A DNA stretch of 64,000 nt from IMG/VR virus record IMGVR_UViG_3300026130_000003, positions 1 to 64,000 of that record. One strand, written 5' to 3'. Origin of the DNA: a virus. The first letter of the stretch is position 1. The number at the start of each line of letters is the position of its first letter. Positions 10,173 through 18,578 of the stretch are shown here, one piece after another. The position numbers were made by a program, and so were the translations under genes. The notes under the pieces were generated by a model, which had not been told where the DNA came from, ran no database searches, and saw only the letters and a program-made list of their open reading frames with translations.

Positions 10173-11424
10173 ACTGGGTTAGTATAGGTATCAAATCACA
10201 CGCAGGTGCAAAGGGGTCTTTATCCTGTTTATGCATCTGCTCAAAGTTATAAGTCAAATCTCCCAACATTTCTATTAGTGTTTCTGACCACCATTCATCT
10301 GACATAGAATGAAGACGGTCTAACTCTGCTAAAAACTTTATCATTCTGGTCTTATGGTCTGGTTCTTTATCGTAGTCGTGGTTAATCCAACGGTCAAATG
10401 TTCTAAAACCTTTCCTACGTAATACTTCTATATTGTTTACATCACCGAATTGTATGAAAGGTTGCATCATAAGAAACGGTTTGTAAGATTTTTCCGTTAT
10501 AAAAGAAGAGTTGTATGGTACTTCCGGCACTGTCTCTGTTACTATATGTAGTGTGCTATTCATAGCGTGTGGTAAGAAAACTGTAGGAGCATGATTGAAA
10601 TCAAGGTCTATATCTTGTTCTCCTATGACCGGTGTAACAAATCCTTCATGGTTTATATAATAATCTACATCGTCTGACAAATAATCAAAATACGGTTCGT
10701 TTTTAGAGTATGAATTCCCTTCACCTCGAGGTGCATGGTCTCCCAAACTGTGAATACAACTGTCTATATAACCCTTACTTCTCATATGTGCCAGTATCAA
10801 TATACGGTGCGGTCTTGCTCTACGGTTGTAACATACACTTCTAAATCGTGGTTTTAGTTTTCGTTCTATCTGCTCTATTCGTGCTTTATAGAAATGTTCT
10901 TTATTGTATCTTATGTTTTCATCTGTGAACAAAACATATCGTAGTGTATCACCGGATAATAAATTAACTCCTCGAGATTGTACATTATCAATCATTTCTT
11001 GAGGCATAAACTCTTGCTCAAGGTATGCACCGGTTACCAATGTTATTTGAGAAGGTGATTTAACATTAAGAGATTTTATTAAAATATCAAAATCTATGTG
11101 GTCATAAGTAAATGATTCAGTTGTCCAATTGATAATCCAATGTACTAATCCTTCTCCCGAATCCTCATATAATCTAGCATCTAATTCAATATCAGGAGCG
11201 TTGTCCACAGGTTTACAAAAGGAATATTTGAATACTCCATCATCTTTAAAGTCGGTTTCTACATCCATAAACACAACATACTTGTTTCCATAAACAATAT
11301 ATTGTTGAGGTTTTATTTCAAAGTAATTTAAACTATTGTACGCATTCTGAAAATATTCATACTGCGTACTGTCATAGTCTATGTTGTATATGTTTCCACG
11401 ATTAAACAATACAGCAGGTAACAT
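10159..11424 (-). CDS. Putative glycosyltransferase (GT-B-like, 'ET...TEK..KP' family)
   Basis: YNRRARPHR, IVTET...FITEKSYKPF...GFRTF...YD; paralogue of 50458.. and 52538... Confidence 0.55.
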   Translation of the reverse strand: MLPAVLFNRGNIYNIDYDSTQYEYFQNAYNSLNYFEIKPQQYIVYGNKYVVFMDVETDFKDDGVFKYSFCKPVDNAPDIELDARLYEDSGEGLVHWIINWTTESFTYDHIDFDILIKSLNVKSPSQITLVTGAYLEQEFMPQEMIDNVQSRGVNLLSGDTLRYVLFTDENIRYNKEHFYKARIEQIERKLKPRFRSVCYNRRARPHRILILAHMRSKGYIDSCIHSLGDHAPRGEGNSYSKNEPYFDYLSDDVDYYINHEGFVTPVIGEQDIDLDFNHAPTVFLPHAMNSTLHIVTETVPEVPYNSSFITEKSYKPFLMMQPFIQFGDVNNIEVLRRKGFRTFDRWINHDYDKEPDHKTRMIKFLAELDRLHSMSDEWWSETLIEMLGDLTYNFEQMHKQDKDPFAPACDLIPILTQFKQS

Positions 11425-12656
11425 TATCGTCCTCGTGTGTTACCGTAATGAATTACCTTACTGGCATTCGAACTAAACTTACGCCAAGGGTCAATTACAA
11501 CACTTCCAGCAGGAATAACACAATACAACTTATCGTTGCCGTCACCTTCTTCTGTCATGTACTTGTACGTTGTACTCGCACTATGCGCCATTAGAAATAC
11601 AGCAGGGCCACTAGGCTCTTCAGTATCACCCGTTTCAGGGTCAATGTAATGTACACTGTGTCCCATCTGTTCTACATAATGTCCAATCAACATAGAGTAA
11701 CTACCTGCTAGATATGGCACACCAGGCTTGTATGCTTTACCATGAATCCATATTGGCAGATTATTTTCTTCAGCATGTTTGACTAATTCTTTTGCTAGAT
11801 TCTCTGCCTGAATTTCACGAGCATTCATTATAGAATCAAACAAATCATAACCCAAATCTAATTCTTGTGCCATGTAGCGCAACGCAATGTTATCTCGTGG
11901 GTGACAAGCACCACCATCGCCCATACCAGCAGTCATATATTGTGGTCCCATGATACGCATTGTAGAATTGGCAAGTGCGTCAGTAACTACATCAACATTG
12001 ATATTACCTTGCTTCTCTGCTACATCTTGAATCATGTTTACCAGACCAATCTTAGCACTGATGAATGTGTTATAGAACACTTTAATACATTCGCATTCAT
12101 CCCATGTACCTACAATGTAACGAGGGTCATTTTCCATCACGGTCTTGTAAAAATCAATGAGTTGTTTCGCATCACCTGTTTCACTGCCGTCTTGTGTGCC
12201 AATCATTACCATTTCTGGATTAACCATATCCCATGCCACTGACCCCATAGCAATTAGATACGGATTGTATACAAATCGTGTGTTAGTTACTAAGTCAACA
12301 AACTCTCGGCGTGTTGTGCCAGGTAGTACAGTAGAAATAAGAACCAATAACTGGTCTGGCGTCATGTATTTGTTTGCTTCAGTAATACATTCTTTTACAA
12401 TGTCATATCCAAAATCTTTTGGTTCCAAGTGTGCTGTAGGGGCGTTACCATCGTATGCTGGGTCATGTGGCGTTGGCACAGCAACAAATACAATGTCTTT
12501 GTTTTGTACTAGTTGTTCAATTGTGTCAACTTGTTTAACAAATTCGCTAGGACATTCCATTACATCATAGCCTTCTACATTGTGTCCTTTTTGTGCGATT
12601 GCTTCAGCACATGGTAGTCCCAACTTACCTGTACCTATAAATCCAATGTTACTCAT
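11424..12656 (-). CDS. ugd: UDP-glucose/GDP-mannose 6-dehydrogenase
   Basis: GTGKLG Rossmann motif, VAVPTP, STVLPGT, KVFYNTF, GGACHPRD catalytic Cys, AYKP. Confidence 0.9.
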   Translation of the reverse strand: MSNIGFIGTGKLGLPCAEAIAQKGHNVEGYDVMECPSEFVKQVDTIEQLVQNKDIVFVAVPTPHDPAYDGNAPTAHLEPKDFGYDIVKECITEANKYMTPDQLLVLISTVLPGTTRREFVDLVTNTRFVYNPYLIAMGSVAWDMVNPEMVMIGTQDGSETGDAKQLIDFYKTVMENDPRYIVGTWDECECIKVFYNTFISAKIGLVNMIQDVAEKQGNINVDVVTDALANSTMRIMGPQYMTAGMGDGGACHPRDNIALRYMAQELDLGYDLFDSIMNAREIQAENLAKELVKHAEENNLPIWIHGKAYKPGVPYLAGSYSMLIGHYVEQMGHSVHYIDPETGDTEEPSGPAVFLMAHSASTTYKYMTEEGDGNDKLYCVIPAGSVVIDPWRKFSSNASKVIHYGNTRGR

Positions 12657-12667
12657 TCAGTATATCC

Positions 12668-14056
12668 TCAAGATTCAGTTAATTCTTTACATAGTAAGTA
12701 AAACGATTCCATTTCAGGGAATGTTTTTACTAGATTAGTATCTCTACGTTTGTCATGTTCAGTGAACCAACGATAGAAGTTTTTTCGTGCTTCTAATTCT
12801 TTCGCATGTTCATAACGAGTACTTTCCATATAGTCAACCACTCGTTTAAATTTTTCGTACTCTAACGGACTAAATTTCATTCTATCATTCTCATCCATAT
12901 TATTATGTATGAATTCTAAATGACTATGCATATACGGCATAAACTGTTCTTTAGGTAGAATATTCATATCGTATAATAGAGGTTCTTTTAAGTGCGGTGT
13001 ATCAAAACGAACTCTTTGCCATTGCGTCTCGTTGTCATCTGAATTATATTTAGTCCTCCACTCTAGTATCTTTTCTAACAATGTTTGAAAACTTGTCACT
13101 GAAAAGATATTAAATGTAATCATAAATGTAATTGGAAGTCCAGTATTACTCAAATAGTAATCTAAGTTCTGTTCCCATAGTTCTATGTCAAGACCATCAC
13201 GGGTATACTCTGCTCGCTTAGTCCATGTATCAATACTCGAATACAGTTTAAAACTTTTAATTTTACCTTCTGCTTTTAGTCGTTTAACCGTGTCTGCTAG
13301 TTTGACTACCAGTGCATTCTTCACACCAAGATTACTGTTAAGTTCAATTTGGATATGTGGTTTAGGATCTTTGTCAAGTTGCTCAAATAGTTCCCATGTA
13401 CTGCGGTGTAGCAGTGGTTCGCCGCCTGTGATACGTAGTATGTTAAGTGTCTTACTTACTTCAGGCCACCATTCCCACCACGCGTCAACGTATGGATTAG
13501 ATTCTTCTTTATGAAAGAGTGTAAACCAATCTATGTCTGCTCTATGTTCTGTACTCATAGAGTACGGACCATGCTTTTTAATTTCATTCCAGTATCGACT
13601 ACTTGCTTTAGGATGACAATAGCCGCAACGAAAGTTACACTCATTGCTGAATGATATTTCAATATATTCTGGATTGATGTTCAAATCAAAGTCAGCATTT
13701 TTGATTTCTTCCAATCGTTCAGGCGTGTATATACTTGCTGTCTTAATTTTACGGTCAGAAATATAATCTTTACCCATTGCTTCTATACGCCAGCAGTATG
13801 AGCAACCAGAAGGTTGTTTACCTTCTAGCATATCTTTTCGTTCTTGCTTTTTCTGTCGTGTATTATGAAGTGCGCTTGGATTCCCTACCAACTCACCTGT
13901 TGGGATACGATGTGGTGGCGGATGATAACAACTATGTGTTTCACCTGTTTGTAAGTACAATGTTGTATGATGCCACTTTGCCAAACAAAATGTCGGGCTA
14001 ATGGCTTCATCTGTAATGTCCATTACATTTTTTATACGTTCTAGTTCTTGACTCAT
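12668..14056 (-). CDS. Radical SAM protein with N-terminal twitch domain
   Basis: FCLAKW...SCYH...CSYCW, CNFRCGYC, GGEP. Confidence 0.9.
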   Translation of the reverse strand: MSQELERIKNVMDITDEAISPTFCLAKWHHTTLYLQTGETHSCYHPPPHRIPTGELVGNPSALHNTRQKKQERKDMLEGKQPSGCSYCWRIEAMGKDYISDRKIKTASIYTPERLEEIKNADFDLNINPEYIEISFSNECNFRCGYCHPKASSRYWNEIKKHGPYSMSTEHRADIDWFTLFHKEESNPYVDAWWEWWPEVSKTLNILRITGGEPLLHRSTWELFEQLDKDPKPHIQIELNSNLGVKNALVVKLADTVKRLKAEGKIKSFKLYSSIDTWTKRAEYTRDGLDIELWEQNLDYYLSNTGLPITFMITFNIFSVTSFQTLLEKILEWRTKYNSDDNETQWQRVRFDTPHLKEPLLYDMNILPKEQFMPYMHSHLEFIHNNMDENDRMKFSPLEYEKFKRVVDYMESTRYEHAKELEARKNFYRWFTEHDKRRDTNLVKTFPEMESFYLLCKELTES

Positions 14057-15024
14057 TTAGAACCTATCTGTCGTTCTTTTGCTGTTAGACCTGGGTTGCG
14101 CGGTGCATTAGTATATACTCGCTTGAAGAATCGTGAAACTTCCGGTGTGGGTTCACACAACTCTAGATCCATTCGTTGATCCAATAACTGTCCTAGTTTT
14201 ACTGCTTCATTGTATAAGTTATCGTAATCCCATTTAACACCACTGCGTGAACAAAGTTCGTCACCTTCACCAATATTAGCCAACACGGTGTTTGTGAAGT
14301 AGTCACTAAACCATTCAAAGTCAGAAATGAATTCTGTTTTGAATTCACTGTTAAAGTTTACATCGTAACAACCCAATCGTGCCCCATAAATTGCCCACAA
14401 ACCGTTCTCTACATCAGCGCCTACATTACACCAAGTAATAAGTCGTTCATAGTTCTTAGGCCATATCTTAGTTTTAAACTCACTTAGATGTACTCTGTAC
14501 CCACGATCCAGAGACATTTTTACACCTTCTCGGTATCCTGCACGGAATGCTTGGAATGGTGAACCAGAGTTAAAGATAACTGAGTACGTGTTGTTCATTT
14601 GAATGTATTCGAGATCCCAACAAAAGTCAATCTTCATTGACTCAGTTTCTGCCTCTTCGTGTGTTTTCATATTCAAAACAAGTTCACGAGGCCAGCATTT
14701 AATACCGCCATTACCATAGACAAGTCCATTAACTGAGTTTTTAGCAGACCATGAGATAACAGATTTTGCCATATCAGTGTCTTCCGGAATTGATACTTCC
14801 AATGTAAAGAATGCAGGGTCCACGATGTTATCGCCGTCTATAGTAATAAAACGGTCAGTGGTTGACTGTCTTGCACATTCTTTATGTGCGTTATCGAAAC
14901 CTTTGACTCCATCTACTCGTTTAGCAAATGGGAATTTGTTCTTTAAATCTGCCCAATGTTCTTCTTTATTTGGTTCATCATATGAAATATAGAAGATATC
15001 CAAATCGCCTGTTCTAACTATCAT
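14053..15024 (-). CDS. Glycosyltransferase-like protein (GT-A fold)
   Basis: ISYDEP...AKRVDGVKG...AH...TIDGD (DxD), NGLVYGNGGIKCWP. Confidence 0.7.
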   Translation of the reverse strand: MIVRTGDLDIFYISYDEPNKEEHWADLKNKFPFAKRVDGVKGFDNAHKECARQSTTDRFITIDGDNIVDPAFFTLEVSIPEDTDMAKSVISWSAKNSVNGLVYGNGGIKCWPRELVLNMKTHEEAETESMKIDFCWDLEYIQMNNTYSVIFNSGSPFQAFRAGYREGVKMSLDRGYRVHLSEFKTKIWPKNYERLITWCNVGADVENGLWAIYGARLGCYDVNFNSEFKTEFISDFEWFSDYFTNTVLANIGEGDELCSRSGVKWDYDNLYNEAVKLGQLLDQRMDLELCEPTPEVSRFFKRVYTNAPRNPGLTAKERQIGSK

Positions 15025-15618
15025 TTACTTTGTCTCCACTGAATATGTATCAAAAAATCTTCGTGTTCTTATACTAACGTTGTTTATATCATGGTTGAAT
15101 GGCGCTTTACATTCTACACCACGAACCAAATCATCTAACTCTATTTGAATAGTTTCAATTAGAAATTCGGGTCTATTCTTAACTGTAATGTAAAACGAGT
15201 GATGTGTTTCGTTAAGTATTACTATTTTTTTATGTGTTGGGTTATGTTTATACGCATCTATAATTTCTTCGGATGCAACTATTTTCATCTCACCATCATG
15301 AATAGTCAACGAAACGTCCGCATCACCAGAATCTTTAATTTCAAATATTTGGTTTAGTCTTACAATATTAGGTAATGTTGCTTTTCTTTTTACAATATCG
15401 TATCCGCCACTATCACGCTTCACCACCTTATATTTAGTCACACCTTCTTGACCGTTTAGAAATGGTGCTACTGATTTTAACGAGAACCATGCGCACCTTT
15501 CGTTGTCCGGCACATCTTCTTTAGGTGCGGCAAGTATTTGTTTAATGTTACCTACTTCCGTAAAATAAACAATTCGTTTTTGTCCGCCTGTATAGTTCTC
15601 TGGAACACTACTAATCAT
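15025..15618 (-). CDS. Hypothetical protein
   Basis: Tightly packed in operon; no motif recognised. Confidence 0.65.
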   Translation of the reverse strand: MISSVPENYTGGQKRIVYFTEVGNIKQILAAPKEDVPDNERCAWFSLKSVAPFLNGQEGVTKYKVVKRDSGGYDIVKRKATLPNIVRLNQIFEIKDSGDADVSLTIHDGEMKIVASEEIIDAYKHNPTHKKIVILNETHHSFYITVKNRPEFLIETIQIELDDLVRGVECKAPFNHDINNVSIRTRRFFDTYSVETK

Positions 15619-16447
15619 TCAATGTTTTCTCTAATATACTTAACTTTTCATCTGTTAACCACATCTTATTTACATAATGGAATGGCATCGTCTGTCTGTA
15701 GTTACCTACATACAAACTCAAATCGTCTCCTAGTGTACAACCCAATGATTCTTCCCAGTTATCTTCAACACCTCTTACATTTTGCACTTTACTTTTCATA
15801 TGTACAAATGTAGGTGTCGGTCTAGGGTCAGTTACTTCACCCTCAATCCCTAACACCTTGATTAAAAAAGCATATGCTAAGTCTGCACTTAAACTGTCCT
15901 GTCCAGGACCAACTAAGAAAGATTCGTAATAGCGATTCCAGTCTTGAAATATATGTTTCAACATTCTAAAAAAGTGAAACGCATAATCTCCTTTTTTGAA
16001 GTACATCATATTAGTATATACGTTAGGCAACTTTTTGTCTACAAATTTTATTCTGTAGTTATTTGCATTTACAACTTCGCCTCTAAATGTTAATGTGTGA
16101 TTTGGTAACCACATATCCTTTTCTTGAAGTGTATCCCACCAAAAATCTATGGGTTCTACGAATAACATATCAACGTCAAGTACCATAGTTTCATCGAACG
16201 GCGACAAGTCGTAGTACATCCACTTGTTGTCGATTTTCCATCGTGTGTCAACTTCCGGAACCATAACTATATGGTCAAATACTTTTTTATGGTCATCAGT
16301 GATAAGTTTTGCTGTTGTTTCGTCTGTACACAAGCAAAAATCTTTTACTTCTAATTGAGTTGCTTTAATACTTAAAGCCAAAGCGTATGCCATTCTTAGG
16401 TAATCGTCTCTGCTATTTTGTGCTATTGCGATATATCCTTTAGACAT
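15611..16447 (-). CDS. GT8-like glycosyltransferase
   Basis: SPFDETMVLDVD (DxD), YFKK, HMK; tandem paralogue of the next gene. Confidence 0.7.
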   Translation of the reverse strand: MSKGYIAIAQNSRDDYLRMAYALALSIKATQLEVKDFCLCTDETTAKLITDDHKKVFDHIVMVPEVDTRWKIDNKWMYYDLSPFDETMVLDVDMLFVEPIDFWWDTLQEKDMWLPNHTLTFRGEVVNANNYRIKFVDKKLPNVYTNMMYFKKGDYAFHFFRMLKHIFQDWNRYYESFLVGPGQDSLSADLAYAFLIKVLGIEGEVTDPRPTPTFVHMKSKVQNVRGVEDNWEESLGCTLGDDLSLYVGNYRQTMPFHYVNKMWLTDEKLSILEKTLND

Positions 16448-17351
16448 TGCGATTCTCCAACAATTCTAATAGTGCATCGGCATGTCGTAACAACGATTTT
16501 TTATTCATTATATGTATGTCTGCGCCTAACAATCTAGTCATATAAGTGTCATATTGCGGCTGTTCTTTGATTCGCCGTTTTTTTCTTTCTGATGTTCGTC
16601 TTTTAGCACAAAGAATAATAACTTCCTCGGTGCTTTTAAATTTGTATATTTCGTCTATATCAAAACTATTGACCAAATATTTATTCGGTAGGGTAGGTAC
16701 TTTATCCGTTAGACCGCCATTGATTATATGTAATGCCATAGCAAATACATAATCATTTCTATATAGATGGTCTTTCGCTTTGAACAATGTACAATAATAT
16801 TTGTAGTTCTTACGAATGTGTTTAATCATAGTGAACACAGATTGTGCGTACACAGACTTCCTAAAGTAAACAACCGTCGCCCACGCCATAGGTATCGTGT
16901 TACCATCCAAGTATGCTCTACGAGTGTTATGGGTGTGCCCTAGGTCACAGTAGTCGTAATGTATCATAAAGTCATTAACACTTCCCCATACTTGATCCAA
17001 TACGTTACTCATAATTAAGTAATCTGAATCTATCAATAGTGTTTCATCATATGGTGATAAGTCGTACACCTCTGAACGGTCTAAGTTCATAAAGTGTGCG
17101 TCAATATCTCGTTCGGGAGTGTCGTGATAACGTCTATAAGATGGTCGTGTATTATCGTTTACTTCGATAACCTTATCAAATGTTTTATCTATCGATTCTT
17201 TACTAGCGTTATATGTTGGTGTATCAGTAATCAAACATAGTTCATCGTAGAGGCACAGGTGCTCTTTAGCCATCTTTGCGCATAGTACGGCAATTTTGGC
17301 ATAGTCATAGTGTTCATTGTTTCTTGCTAGAATTACAATGCCTTTACTCAT
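16440..17351 (-). CDS. GT8-like glycosyltransferase
   Basis: SPYDETLLIDSD (DxD), WATVVYFRK, RND, HIMNK. Confidence 0.7.
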   Translation of the reverse strand: MSKGIVILARNNEHYDYAKIAVLCAKMAKEHLCLYDELCLITDTPTYNASKESIDKTFDKVIEVNDNTRPSYRRYHDTPERDIDAHFMNLDRSEVYDLSPYDETLLIDSDYLIMSNVLDQVWGSVNDFMIHYDYCDLGHTHNTRRAYLDGNTIPMAWATVVYFRKSVYAQSVFTMIKHIRKNYKYYCTLFKAKDHLYRNDYVFAMALHIINGGLTDKVPTLPNKYLVNSFDIDEIYKFKSTEEVIILCAKRRTSERKKRRIKEQPQYDTYMTRLLGADIHIMNKKSLLRHADALLELLENRNV

Positions 17352-17716
17352 TACTTGTCAAAAACCTGTTTGATGTTCCTTGATGATTCTAGTTGTTTAA
17401 GTTCTTCGTATGCTTGTGCCATAACAGTATCGTATATGGTTTTTGCTTTTTCCAACGATTCCTCAACATCTGGTATCAGTATCGGATTACGGTTGTTGTC
17501 AAGCATGATAAGCGAATCTTCGCCATGTTGTAGAGCAAAGCACAGGAAGTTTAAGAATTCAGTTGTAACTGAAAAGGTTCCGCCATTGACGCTGTACACC
17601 AATCTATTGTCTATTTTAAGTTTGATATTCTCTTTTGCTAAATTGTATGAATACATTGCATTGGCAAAATCGAATGCTGAATCTAGTGTTTCTTGTTTTG
17701 TTTCGATATCATTCAC
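17351..17716 (-). CDS. Hypothetical protein
   Basis: GTG start with AAGGAGA RBS; first gene of the GT operon. Confidence 0.65.
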   Translation of the reverse strand: MNDIETKQETLDSAFDFANAMYSYNLAKENIKLKIDNRLVYSVNGGTFSVTTEFLNFLCFALQHGEDSLIMLDNNRNPILIPDVEESLEKAKTIYDTVMAQAYEELKQLESSRNIKQVFDK

Positions 17717-17722
17717 AAATAA

Positions 17723-17768
17723 GGTCTCCTTTTAGTATATTTTAACACAAAAAGGAGACCAATGTCAA
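17723..17768 (-). promoter_or_regulatory. Sigma70-type promoter overlapping an 11-bp inverted repeat that covers the RBS
   Basis: TTGACA (17768-63)...TAAAAT; repeat arms GGTCTCCTTTT and AAAAGGAGACC. Confidence 0.6.
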
Positions 17769-17769
17769 A

Positions 17770-18573
17770 TTAAATATTAATGTTTGGATTCTGTGAGTCT
17801 ATGATATCTTTAATGTCTTGTAGCATCCAACGAGTAGATGTTAGTTGTGGAAGTAGCAAATCGTCTACTATTTTTAACAACGCAACATCCATTTGAACAT
17901 TACCAGATAAACTCGCAGTAGAACTCTCAGGATCCAAATCTTGTTTGAGTTGTACTGCTTGGTCAATTGCTGCCTCTAGACCTATGAATGTTTCAGTCAC
18001 GGTAGAACCCGGGTTCAACGGATCAGGCACTTGTCTAGTTGTTCCGCCTAATGCTTCACCTATATATGTACTAATACCATCAAAAATAGTATGTGCGGCA
18101 AGTTGTGTAGTATTTAGTTCTGTTTGAAGATTGTTTGCTTGCGTTTCCAATGCCGCAATGGATTGCTCATTTGATGTTATACGATTATCAAATGTGTTTA
18201 CATTTGCAACGGCATTTGCCAAATCAGCCAATGCAATTTCATGTGCTATCAACACTGACTCTGCGTTGGCAACTCTTTGGTCAACTTCTTCTATTCGTGC
18301 AGCAATGTTCGCAACATTATCCGGGCTCACTAGAAGCATTTCTGCTTGTAGTGTTGTAACATCACTTTGAAGTGTGTCAATATCGCTTTCTGCGGCAATC
18401 AACCTGTTGTCGATATCTTCAACGTATACGTTTGTAACAGTTGCCAATGCTCTAAAGTTGTTATCCATTTCTTCATGTAGAAGTTCACGAGGACCGACAG
18501 CGGTCACATTAACTGTTGGATCACTAGGAGCAAGTTTAACCGTTATGTCTTTTCTTGGGTAATTTGTACTCAT
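17770..18573 (-). CDS. Coiled-coil fibre/whisker-like virion protein
   Basis: N-terminal L...EMDNNF fibre-anchor-like motif followed by long heptad repeats. Confidence 0.6.
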   Translation of the reverse strand: MSTNYPRKDITVKLAPSDPTVNVTAVGPRELLHEEMDNNFRALATVTNVYVEDIDNRLIAAESDIDTLQSDVTTLQAEMLLVSPDNVANIAARIEEVDQRVANAESVLIAHEIALADLANAVANVNTFDNRITSNEQSIAALETQANNLQTELNTTQLAAHTIFDGISTYIGEALGGTTRQVPDPLNPGSTVTETFIGLEAAIDQAVQLKQDLDPESSTASLSGNVQMDVALLKIVDDLLLPQLTSTRWMLQDIKDIIDSQNPNINI

Positions 18574-18578
18574 AAATT

